From: Candidatus Sungbacteria bacterium RIFCSPLOWO2_02_FULL_51_17 | GTDB lineage: Bacteria; Patescibacteriota; Minisyncoccia; Sungbacterales; GWA2-42-14 | Length of the DNA stretch: 57,806 nucleotides | Reading direction: 5' to 3' | Assembly: GCA_001820785.1 (NCBI GenBank) | Contig: MHQW01000042.1 | Coordinates: 1 to 57,806, forward strand | Program-made: the position numbers and the translations under genes | The notes under the pieces: model-generated | The model's input: the letters and a program-made list of their open reading frames with translations, nothing else | Databases searched by the model: none | What the model was told of the DNA's origin: nothing | In this document: piece by piece, positions 1-8,584 of the stretch | Layout of the letters: every line of letters starts with the position of its first letter | How positions within the stretch are numbered: the stretch's first letter is position 1

Positions 1-126
1 GCACTATCGCGTACATGAGCCTCACTCGGGCTCATTTTGCGTTAGAATGCGTACCCATTTGGGGATCATGTTGTATTGTACAAGTCTTGTTCTTGAAATG
101 ATCACGGCGTACGGTATGATATAAGC

Positions 127-1869
127 GTGTTCTCTTTCTTTTCCTCACGAAGTAAAAAGGATGCCCGCCGCAGCGAATCCGGAAGGTTCCGTATCCTTCT
201 CGGGTTTTTTTTAATCGCCGGACTTATCGTCGGGATTCGAGTATTTGTACTTGCCGTCGTCCATAATAAGGAATACCGCGAAATGGCGGACCAGCAGTAC
301 GGCCTTTCAAAGGTCATGCCATCAAGGCGGGGCAAAATATTTTTTCAGGACAAATTTGGAGCACGGATCACCGCGGCGGAAGATAGCGTTGTAAAAACGC
401 TCATTGCAGCGCCAAAAAACATAGAAGATCCTGTGGACGCCGCAGAGAAACTTTCCGGCATTCTCGGTATACGCGCCGACATTCTTCGTGAACAGCTTCA
501 AAAGCCCGATGATCCGTATGAGCTTATCGCCAAAGATCTGCCGGAAGACACCGCAAAAAAGGTAGCGGATCTCAAGATGGCCGGGCTATCGCTACAGGCA
601 ACGGTGAAGAGATACTATCCGCATAAAGAACTTGCGGCGCACGTACTCGGATTTCGTGGGTACAACGATGCGCTCAACGACTGGCGCGGCGTGTATGGCG
701 TTGAAAAAGAGTACGACCGCGATCTTGCATCGGGGGGTATCACCCCGGATGAGTTCGCTACAAACTTGCTTTTCATTGGCCGGCGCACGCCTGATACCGC
801 ACCCGAAGGCACCGATGTTTTGTTGACGATTGATTACAATATTCAAGAACGGGCGGAGGAAGAGCTTCAGTCGTTGGTGCCCACATGGGTAGCGGAGTCG
901 GGAATGGTCCTTATTCTTGAACCGAGGACGGGACGAATTCTTGCCTCGGCTTCCTCAAAAAAATTTGATCCGAACGAATATTTTAATGTAGAAGATTATT
1001 CGGTTTTTACTAACCCGGTGGTGGAAGCAACGTATGAGCTCGGTTCGGTATTTAAGCCCATTACTATGGCGGCTGCCGTCAATGAGGGAGTGGTCAACGG
1101 GCAGTCAACGTATTACGACGAAGGAGTGCTGAAGTTTGGTTCATACTCTATCTACAACTTTGACCTGAGGAGTTATGGCACCCAGACGATGACGCAAGTG
1201 CTTGAAAAGTCCCTCAATACCGGCGCGGTGCACGTAGAACGGCTTTTGGGCAAGGAACGCTTTAAAAAATATGTTGAGGCATTCGGGTTTGGAGAGACGA
1301 CTGATAGCGATCTTCCGAACGAGGTTTCGGGCACCATTGCAAATCTCAATTCAAATCGTGATCTGGAATATGCGACCGCCTCATTCGGACAGGGTATTGC
1401 GGTAACGCCGATTCAGATGGCACAGGCCGTTGGGGCGATCGCGAACGGCGGAGTTCGCATGCGTCCGCATGTTGTTGACGGCCTCATAGACGAGTCCGGA
1501 ACGGTGCGTGCGTTTGAGCCGGAGGCGCGGGGGCAGGTTATTTCCAAAGAGGCGGCCGAAGAGATCACGAAGATGCTTGTATCGGTGGTGCGCGTAGGAT
1601 ATGAGAATCGCGCTGGTGTGCAGGGGTATTTTGTCGCGGGGAAAACGGGAACTGCCCAAATTCCGAACGCCGAGAGTCGCGGGTATTCATCCGACGTTAT
1701 TCATTCATTCGTCGGATACGCGCCGGCGTTTAACCCGAAGTTTCTTGTGTATATGCAACTTACCAAACCGCAGGGAAACAGATTTGCGGCAAACACTTTG
1801 ACTCGGGCGTTCCATAATCTTGCCGAGTTTATTCTCAACTACTACGAAATACCTCCTGATGAGAAATAA
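127..1869 (+). CDS. Class B penicillin-binding protein (FtsI/PBP2-type peptidoglycan D,D-transpeptidase)
   Basis: 580-aa ORF with GTG start and an N-terminal TM helix. SxxK (SVFK), SxN (SLN) and KTG (KTGTA) motifs occur in the canonical order. Confidence 0.85.
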   Translation: MFSFFSSRSKKDARRSESGRFRILLGFFLIAGLIVGIRVFVLAVVHNKEYREMADQQYGLSKVMPSRRGKIFFQDKFGARITAAEDSVVKTLIAAPKNIEDPVDAAEKLSGILGIRADILREQLQKPDDPYELIAKDLPEDTAKKVADLKMAGLSLQATVKRYYPHKELAAHVLGFRGYNDALNDWRGVYGVEKEYDRDLASGGITPDEFATNLLFIGRRTPDTAPEGTDVLLTIDYNIQERAEEELQSLVPTWVAESGMVLILEPRTGRILASASSKKFDPNEYFNVEDYSVFTNPVVEATYELGSVFKPITMAAAVNEGVVNGQSTYYDEGVLKFGSYSIYNFDLRSYGTQTMTQVLEKSLNTGAVHVERLLGKERFKKYVEAFGFGETTDSDLPNEVSGTIANLNSNRDLEYATASFGQGIAVTPIQMAQAVGAIANGGVRMRPHVVDGLIDESGTVRAFEPEARGQVISKEAAEEITKMLVSVVRVGYENRAGVQGYFVAGKTGTAQIPNAESRGYSSDVIHSFVGYAPAFNPKFLVYMQLTKPQGNRFAANTLTRAFHNLAEFILNYYEIPPDEK

Positions 1870-1924
1870 CCGGTGCAACGCGCCCCGTTCTTACGCGTAG
1901 TGGGGGAGCCGTATGTACCGATAA

Positions 1925-1947
1925 ATAAAAAAGAGGCGGCTCGCCTC
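1925..1947 (-). terminator. Putative rho-independent terminator of the phosphatase gene
   Basis: GAGGCG-gct-CGCCTC hairpin at 1933-1947. On the minus strand it is followed by a T-run (the A-run at 1927-1932 on +). Confidence 0.45.
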
Positions 1948-1963
1948 GTGTACCGATTGGGGT

Positions 1964-2506
1964 CTATTCGGGGTATGACCGGCGATTCTCTTTAAGTTTT
2001 TCCCATTGTTCGGCTATCCATACGTGGTAATCGGGCGGTAGTTCCTTTCCGATGGCCCGGAGAAATGATCCGAGGACCAGGGGATGGGGAGATGCAAGCG
2101 GGTGGCGTTCTTTAAGAAGCGCGAGGGCATCTGCGACAGGCATGCCATCCCAGACAAGGTGTGTTACGACTGCCGAGGATGAGCGGGAGATGCCCGCGAA
2201 ACAATGTATGATGGTGCCGGTGTTTTCCGTAAGTCCTGTTTTCACCCAGGACATGGCATGCCGCACCGCGACATCCATTTCTTCAGGGAACGGCTGTTCA
2301 TCGCGGATGGGAAAGACAAGGTGATGTAAGTTTGACGATGCGGTTAGCTCTATCACCGGATCTACATACGGCGGGTGAAGTACCGAAAATATTCGTTCAA
2401 TGCGCCGCTCGCCAAGTATATTTCTATCCACGGTGGCTCGGAGATCGCCTAGCCATAAGTTGCCGACAATATGGATAATGCGCGGTGTCCGTGACGCTGG
2501 TTCCAT
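1964..2506 (-). CDS. Dual-specificity / protein-tyrosine phosphatase family protein
   Basis: 180-aa ORF containing the C(X)5R active-site signature HCFAGISRS. Confidence 0.7.
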   Translation of the reverse strand: MEPASRTPRIIHIVGNLWLGDLRATVDRNILGERRIERIFSVLHPPYVDPVIELTASSNLHHLVFPIRDEQPFPEEMDVAVRHAMSWVKTGLTENTGTIIHCFAGISRSSSAVVTHLVWDGMPVADALALLKERHPLASPHPLVLGSFLRAIGKELPPDYHVWIAEQWEKLKENRRSYPE

Positions 2507-2594
2507 GTGCCGATGAGAAGAAGAGCTTCCTTCTTTGTAGCATGGTGTTGGTCGGTGCGCAATCGGCTATAATGGAAAAACGCCAAAGGGCGTT

Positions 2595-2852
2595 TTAGTT
2601 GTTTTTGAACCTAATGCCAAGCGGGTAGCCATCATAGATGGTACACGCGATCCATATGATGAGGATGGCCGGTCCGCCGAAAAGGGCGAGGGCTACGACT
2701 GGCGCCTTGTCAAAAAACTGATTCCAAAACCCAACAGAGGTTACATATGGGATGCGAAGTTCTTTTGTGGTCATATGCATGCTATGAAAAAAGACACCAT
2801 AGGCAAGCACTGCCGAGACGACATGCAGCAGGGCATAGAGGAGAAGGAGCAT
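2595..2852 (-). CDS. Small hydrophobic membrane protein, function unknown
   Basis: 85-aa ORF with two or three hydrophobic helices. No recognisable motif. Confidence 0.35.
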   Translation of the reverse strand: MLLLLYALLHVVSAVLAYGVFFHSMHMTTKELRIPYVTSVGFWNQFFDKAPVVALALFGGPAILIIWIACTIYDGYPLGIRFKNN

Positions 2853-2895
2853 GGCTCTGTGGAGTGTTTGGTGCTAATATACTATCTACACTACT

Positions 2896-4191
2896 ATGGA
2901 AATAATGTCAATAGCCGAGAACACCCTCCAGACGCTCCTTGCGCTATGTGCCCGGGCAGTGTTGCGACGATATCGGCCACAGATTATCGCGGTTACGGGG
3001 ACCGCGGGGAAGACCTCTACGAAGGAGGCGATCTTTGCTGTGCTTGAGCAGCGCTTTATGATTCGCCGTTCGGAAAAAAGTTTTAATACAGAGATCGGAG
3101 TGCCACTTACTATTATTGGTGGTAAAAATCATCACAAAAACATTATTGGGTGGTTGTGGGAATTTGTTCGCGCGATCGGGCTTTTGGTAGTGCGAAAGGC
3201 ATATCCGTCAATACTTCTTCTTGAGTACGGAGTTCAAAAGCCAGGCGACATGACATATCTTGTACATATCGGCGCGCCTGATATTGCGGTTATTACGGCT
3301 TTTGGGAGCGTGCCCGTCCATGTTGAATTTTTTAAAGACCCACGGGCGCTTTTTGATGAAAAAGCGCGTATTGCGAATGCTTTTCCGGAAGGCGGAATTC
3401 TTATATTGAACGCTGATGATGAGCGTGTGTGTGCCGTAGGAAATGGTGTGAGGGCCCGGGTGATAACATTCGGATTTTCTGATACTGCCGATGTCCGGAT
3501 ATCGCAGTATGCACTTTGCGGTGATAGCGATGCGCTCCCTTCGACGATACCAACAGGCATTTCTTTCGCGCTGAACTATCGGGGTGCCAGCGTTTCAGTG
3601 CGCATGCGCGCGTTCGGAAAGCCGCAGGCATATAGCGCGGGGGCCGCCGCGGCGGTCGGCGTTGCGCTCGGCATGGATATGAAAGATGCTGTGGTCGGGC
3701 TTTCTCGGTATGTGCCTCCGCCCGGTCGTCTGAACGTATTGCAGGGTATCAAGGGAAGCATTATTATTGACGATACTTATAATTCCTCACCGGTTGCCGT
3801 AGAAGAAGCGTTGAACGTGCTTAAAGAATTTCCCGGGCAGAGAAAAATCGCGGTGCTTGGTGATATGAAAGAACTTGGAGGATATGCAGAGGCGGCGCAT
3901 CGCTTGGTCGGGGAGCAGGCCGCGATCGTTGCTGACCTTATTCTTACGGTCGGCGAATGTGCGAAGGGGGTAGGCGAGGGAGCTAGAACGTATGCCGATA
4001 CGCTTGGTGTCTCCCATCCCGACGCCATTCATGAACTCTCTGATGCGATTGGCGCAGGGAAATTTCTTCGCCCCCTTTTGAGAAAAGGAGACGCTGTACT
4101 GGTGAAGGGCTCGCGCTCTATGCATATGGAGAGGGTGATTGTGGAGATCATGGCCGAACCGGAAAAAGCGGTAGAGCTCTTGGTTCAATAA
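2896..4191 (+). CDS. murF: UDP-N-acetylmuramoyl-tripeptide--D-alanyl-D-alanine ligase
   Basis: Mur-ligase P-loop VTGTAGKTSTKE and a DDTYNSSP motif typical of MurF. 431 aa. Confidence 0.85.
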   Translation: MEIMSIAENTLQTLLALCARAVLRRYRPQIIAVTGTAGKTSTKEAIFAVLEQRFMIRRSEKSFNTEIGVPLTIIGGKNHHKNIIGWLWEFVRAIGLLVVRKAYPSILLLEYGVQKPGDMTYLVHIGAPDIAVITAFGSVPVHVEFFKDPRALFDEKARIANAFPEGGILILNADDERVCAVGNGVRARVITFGFSDTADVRISQYALCGDSDALPSTIPTGISFALNYRGASVSVRMRAFGKPQAYSAGAAAAVGVALGMDMKDAVVGLSRYVPPPGRLNVLQGIKGSIIIDDTYNSSPVAVEEALNVLKEFPGQRKIAVLGDMKELGGYAEAAHRLVGEQAAIVADLILTVGECAKGVGEGARTYADTLGVSHPDAIHELSDAIGAGKFLRPLLRKGDAVLVKGSRSMHMERVIVEIMAEPEKAVELLVQ

Positions 4192-4232
4192 CAAGAGAAG
4201 TTTCGCATATTCTGTCAAAATGTCGGCGATAT

Positions 4233-4274
4233 AAATTCCTCCTATTTTTGCGACCGCAAAAATAGGAGGAATTT
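4233..4274. terminator. Strong hairpin (19-bp perfect stem, 4-nt loop), probable bidirectional terminator after murF
   Basis: AAATTCCTCCTATTTTTGC-gacc-GCAAAAATAGGAGGAATTT, read directly. The T-tract lies partly inside the stem. Confidence 0.5.
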
Positions 4275-4395
4275 TAGTATGTGCAATGTGCCTGCGCAGA
4301 AAATAAGAGAAACTGGACAATTATATATATGTTGTATATAATATATTGACGGAAAAGCAGGTCTTTACCAACTGGACAGGATAAAAGGAGAATAC

Positions 4396-6051
4396 ATGGC
4401 ACATGGCCTTGTTGCGGTCATTGCTCCTGAGATTGCCATTCACCAGGACCTTCACGTATACGGAGGAGGTCTGGGAGTGGTCAATGGCGACCTTTTGCGT
4501 TCAGCAAAAAAACTCGGTATTCCGCTCGTCGGTTTCGCGCCGTTTTGGCGCTACGGGTACTACGAACAGCACGTTGAAGACCGCGCCATGCGGGTTCGCT
4601 TTCAGACCAGGGAGTATCCTGGCATTCTGGAAAAGACCGACCTTCGGTTTACGGTGCCCATAAACGGAACCTCCGTTTGGCTTGAGGTGTGGAAGCTTCC
4701 GGAGGAGCGCTACGGCACATCGCCCGTGTATTTTCTTGACGCAGATGTTGAGGGCAACGACTATTTGACACGTCTGAATACGCAGCAACTCTATGCCGAG
4801 GGGCAGAATCCCGAGCGCCGCATTGCCGTCTCTCAGATACTGGGCGCCGGAACCTTTGAGGCGATACACCTGCTTGGGTTGCCGGTGGCAAAATTCCATC
4901 TCCAGGAGTCGCATGCGGCGTTCGCCGGAATTGAGCTTTTTCTTTCCATTTTTGAGCGCGAGCAGAATGTAGAGCGGGCACTGGCCGACACCCGCGCGCG
5001 CGTTGTGTTCACGACGCACACGCCTGTTGCCGCCGGGAACCCGTTCTACGATATGAACCTTGTTATGCGGATGTGCGGGTATGATGGGCGCGTTGACCGA
5101 CGGTTAGTAGAAATGATCGGCGCTGACCCCACAAATCCTCATATGTTCAATATGGCGGCGGCATGTATGCGCATGGCGGGAAAGACGAATGCTGTTTCAA
5201 AAAAACATGGCGAGATAGCACGACGGATGTGGAGCGGACTTACACTCCATACGCCGATCACATCTATCACCAACGGCGTCTCACAGGATTTCTGGCAGTA
5301 TCCCGAATTTCGCCTTGCTCGTACTCCGCGGGCGCTTGAAGATGTCAAGCGGGAATACAAGCGGACGCTCATTCGGCAGATAGGGGATGCCGACGGTGGC
5401 CGCTACTTCAGTGAAAATGTTCTCACAGTGGTGTGGGCGCGGCGGTTTGCCGAATATAAGCGCCCCAAACTCGTTCTTACCGATCGCGAGTGGGTAACCG
5501 AGGCGTTAAAGAAAAATACTATTCAGCTCATTATCGCCGGTAAGCCGCACCCCGACGATTATGAGATGATAGGCGTATGGAATGAGTTATATCAGATGAG
5601 CGTGAACCTTCCAAACATGGTTGTGCTTTCCGGGTACGAACTGGAACTTTCAAAAGTTCTCAAGGCGGGAGCGGATGTTTGGTTGAATAACCCCCGTTCT
5701 CCTGATGAAGCGTGTGGAACGTCTGGCATGTCGGCCGCGATGAACGGCGCCATTCATATGTCCACTCGCGACGGGTGGGCGCTTGAGCAGAATCCCGCGA
5801 ACTGTTTTCTTTTCGGCGCGGTATGGCCGCCGCCGCTTGCTCCGGGTCCGTGGTCGGAGGAGATCTGCCGGTGGCAAGATGCCTACGATGCCCAAGAGCT
5901 GAAAAGAGCTCTGGAAACGGCATGTAGAATGTTCTATTCAAATCGTATAGATTGGTACCGCAAGGCCCTTGCGGCAAAGCATGAGGCGGAAGAGCGCTGG
6001 TGCTCTGACCGAATGGCTCGCGAGTACAGCGCGAACATGTATGAGGGATAG
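4396..6051 (+). CDS. Alpha-glucan phosphorylase family protein (GT35, short archaeal-type form)
   Basis: 551-aa ORF with an AAAAGGAG RBS 7 nt upstream. The C-terminal region PRSPDEACGTSGMSAAMNGA resembles the conserved PLP-site block of glucan phosphorylases, with Ser where Lys is expected (see findings). Confidence 0.75.
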   Translation: MAHGLVAVIAPEIAIHQDLHVYGGGLGVVNGDLLRSAKKLGIPLVGFAPFWRYGYYEQHVEDRAMRVRFQTREYPGILEKTDLRFTVPINGTSVWLEVWKLPEERYGTSPVYFLDADVEGNDYLTRLNTQQLYAEGQNPERRIAVSQILGAGTFEAIHLLGLPVAKFHLQESHAAFAGIELFLSIFEREQNVERALADTRARVVFTTHTPVAAGNPFYDMNLVMRMCGYDGRVDRRLVEMIGADPTNPHMFNMAAACMRMAGKTNAVSKKHGEIARRMWSGLTLHTPITSITNGVSQDFWQYPEFRLARTPRALEDVKREYKRTLIRQIGDADGGRYFSENVLTVVWARRFAEYKRPKLVLTDREWVTEALKKNTIQLIIAGKPHPDDYEMIGVWNELYQMSVNLPNMVVLSGYELELSKVLKAGADVWLNNPRSPDEACGTSGMSAAMNGAIHMSTRDGWALEQNPANCFLFGAVWPPPLAPGPWSEEICRWQDAYDAQELKRALETACRMFYSNRIDWYRKALAAKHEAEERWCSDRMAREYSANMYEG

Positions 6052-6059
6052 TGTTTGTG

Positions 6060-6082
6060 AGCCGCATTTATGCGGCTTTTTT
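6060..6082 (+). terminator. Rho-independent terminator after the phosphorylase gene
   Basis: AGCCGCA-ttta-TGCGGCT followed by a T-run, 9 nt after the TAG stop. Confidence 0.7.
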
Positions 6083-6216
6083 AAAAGTAAGAACCAGGGC
6101 AACTCGGCGGGTGATGGTAATAAAAAAATGCATAGAGGTAGAGTTGCGGCATACCAGAAGGGTTTCATTTCAGGAACAGATCGTTGTCGCAATTATTGTT
6201 TACATTGCGACACAAT

Positions 6217-6250
6217 ACCATTCTCTAATTCGCGCGAATTAGAGAATGGT
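6217..6250. repeat. Perfect 34-bp loopless palindrome
   Basis: ACCATTCTCTAATTCGC|GCGAATTAGAGAATGGT; all 17 base pairs were checked by hand. It is preceded by a separate hairpin with a 9-bp stem at 6185-6212. Confidence 0.8.
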
Positions 6251-6386
6251 AGGACAATACAAGAAGGTAATATGTCGCCATCATTTTACTGAAGAACGTT
6301 AGTTATGGGCTCTCTGGCATGGTGCCAGCGTGTTACTTTCAAAAGTTCATAAACTATGCTATAGTATTTCGTGTTTAGCGGAGCAT

Positions 6387-6458
6387 GCTCCCATCGTCTA
6401 TCGGCTAGGACATCAGGTTCTCATCCTGAAAAGCGGGGTCCGACTCCCCGTGGGAGCG
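6387..6458 (+). tRNA. tRNA-Glu (anticodon CUC)
   Basis: Acceptor GCTCCCA/TGGGAGC, anticodon stem TCAGG/CCTGA with loop TTCTCAT, T-arm CGGGG-TCCGACT-CCCCG. 72 nt, no encoded CCA. Confidence 0.85.
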
Positions 6459-6504
6459 CAAGAGAAAGTTTGTTTTCAGTATTTTTTACTACTAACAGGC
6501 ACTG

Positions 6505-6933
6505 ATGAAACCAAAAATATTGTTTCTCACTATTGCCATTATTTTCGCACTACCAGCGTTTCTGCTCGGGCCGACCTTATGGCCGCCGGCCGTGGGCGGC
6601 CCGGTGCCAACGGCTGGGCAGATGCCATTTCTCATTCTTATTGCCGCAATTGAGGCCCTTGCGTTCGGAGGCGGCATCGCTTTTTTCCTTCTCGGGTGGC
6701 GATATGCACTGCGTTCAATGCTTTTCGGAAAATTGTCAATCCCTGTCTTTCTTTCTATCGTGTGGGGGCTTGTATCGTGGTGGCCGCACTCAAACCTGCA
6801 TATTCACATAGGATACGATTTCCAAAAGCTTATCTATATAGAATACGGTTTTCACGCAACGCTTGTTGTTGCGACCCTTATCATCGCGTTTGCGGTCTTT
6901 AAGGCGCTCCGGCGTTCTGCGGCTATGGCATAA
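6505..6933 (+). CDS. Integral membrane protein, function unknown
   Basis: 142-aa ORF with four hydrophobic helices. Confidence 0.5.
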   Translation: MKPKILFLTIAIIFALPAFLLGPTLWPPAVGGPVPTAGQMPFLILIAAIEALAFGGGIAFFLLGWRYALRSMLFGKLSIPVFLSIVWGLVSWWPHSNLHIHIGYDFQKLIYIEYGFHATLVVATLIIAFAVFKALRRSAAMA

Positions 6934-6988
6934 TGCGCTAATGGATAAAAATGCTCTGCATGGTGCGGGGCGTTTTTGAATATCTCTT

Positions 6989-8089
6989 ATGGGCGGGTAC
7001 GATGATAGTATGAGGATCATTGCGCATATTGATATGGACGCGTTCTTTGCATCCGTGGAGGAGCACGCAAATCCGCATCTTCGCGGTACGCCTCTTGTTA
7101 TTGGCGCCGATCCCGAGAATGGCCGGGGGAGAGGCGTGGTTTCTACCGCAAGTTATGCGGCCCGCGCATATGGTATTCATTCCGCCCAGCCGATATCACA
7201 GGCCTGGCATCTTTCTGAAGAGGCGGCGCGTCGCGGGAAGCCGTGCGTGGTATTTCTTCCGGTTGACATGGAATTGTATGCGGATGTTTCGCGGCGCATC
7301 ATGAATGTTCTTCGAGAAAGCGTAGGGTGCGTAGAGGAGGCATCAATTGACGAGGCGTATCTTGATATGAGCTCTCTAAAAGATTTCGGAGACACAGAGG
7401 CCTGCATCACTGGTATCAAGCGGAGCATCACCAAAGAGCATGGCATTACGGCTTCCGTTGGCATTGGTCCAAATAAACTTATCGCGAAGATCGCTTCTGG
7501 CAGAAATAAGCCCGATGGATTTACGGTCATTTCCCGTGAAGATGTGGCAACGTTTTTAGAAGCGCTTTCCGTGCGAGAAATTCCGGGGGTTGGTCCGAAA
7601 ACCGAGAACGTTCTTAATCACAAAATGATCTTTACCGTCCGCGAGCTTAAAAAAATTGAATGCGAAGTGTTAGTACAATGGTTCGGGAAATGGGGGAGCG
7701 CTCTCTACGCAAAAGCGCGGGGCATTGACGACGACCCCGTTGCTACTGTTCGCGAGCTTTCCTCCATCGGATAGCAGGAAACATTTCACGAGGATACGCT
7801 AGAGCCGATGTTTTTGTGCGAGCGTCTTATGAGCATGTGCGAGGGAGTTATCGCCCGATTGGAGAAGGACGGGTTTCTTGCGACCAAAACAGTCGTTCTT
7901 ACGGTTCGCTTTAGTGACTTTCAGACCATAAGTCGCTCGCATACATTTCCGGCGCTAACCGGCGACATGAGCATAATTAAAGGAGCGCTTCTTCGGCTTT
8001 TTTTACCCTTTTTAGATGTCCGTAGTAATCCTCGGAGGAAGAACATCCGTCTGTTGGGCGTGCGCCTGGAAAAACTCGTTAAAAAATGA
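6989..8089 (+). pseudogene. dinB: DNA polymerase IV (Y-family, DinB) interrupted by a single in-frame TAG at 7775-7777
   Basis: N-terminus IAHIDMDAFFASVEE. ORFs 6989..7774 and 7808..8089 are in the same frame. The stop falls inside the conserved SIG-x-x-x-TF block (SIG*QETF), and the little-finger region downstream is intact. Confidence 0.75.
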
Positions 8090-8156
8090 TATTTCTAGGT
8101 CTTACTGTGCATAAATCGCATAGGAGCTTGCTTTTTTATCCTGTATACTTCCCAGT

Positions 8157-8573
8157 ATGAAGGTTTCATTGAATAACGCGAGCGCAGAATGGATGCTTCG
8201 CATCTTTTTGGCGTTAACGTATCTTTACTCGGGGTTTGATCTTTTTCGGCATCCAACCAGCTGGCATTGGGCGGTCTCCTCTCTTCGTGATGTTGTGGAA
8301 ATGCCAATTCGTTCACTTGGTATAGATGCTTATCTTCGCTTTCAGGGTGCAAGTGAAATCCTTTTTGCTACCGTTTTTCTTTCCTGGTTTTTGCCGCGGC
8401 GCATCGTGATGTGGGTGGCGCTTTTGACGGCTCTTGAGATGGCCGGCATTCTTGCGCTTGGGCGGATAGATCAGCAGACGTTTCGCGACTTCGGTATTTT
8501 GGGGGCGGCCCTGGCGTTGTCTATTCTCACCAGGCAACATGCATCTTCGCGTGAGCAAACGAGCACTACCTAA
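8157..8573 (+). CDS. Membrane protein (DoxX-like, tentative)
   Basis: 138-aa ORF with four hydrophobic helices. The family call is weak. Confidence 0.45.
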   Translation: MKVSLNNASAEWMLRIFLALTYLYSGFDLFRHPTSWHWAVSSLRDVVEMPIRSLGIDAYLRFQGASEILFATVFLSWFLPRRIVMWVALLTALEMAGILALGRIDQQTFRDFGILGAALALSILTRQHASSREQTSTT

Positions 8574-8584
8574 TAATTTTTCCA

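Noticed and set aside
3787-4320. 177-aa minus-strand ORF overlapping the 3' end of murF. Many similar antisense or off-frame ORFs appear in the track, for example 8996..9655, 18125..18736, 21213..21887, 30509..31045 and 50352..51008.
   Set aside because: Each lies inside a gene with clear family motifs on the other strand or frame. Their composition is Arg/Pro/Ser-rich shadow-like, and they have no motif of their own.
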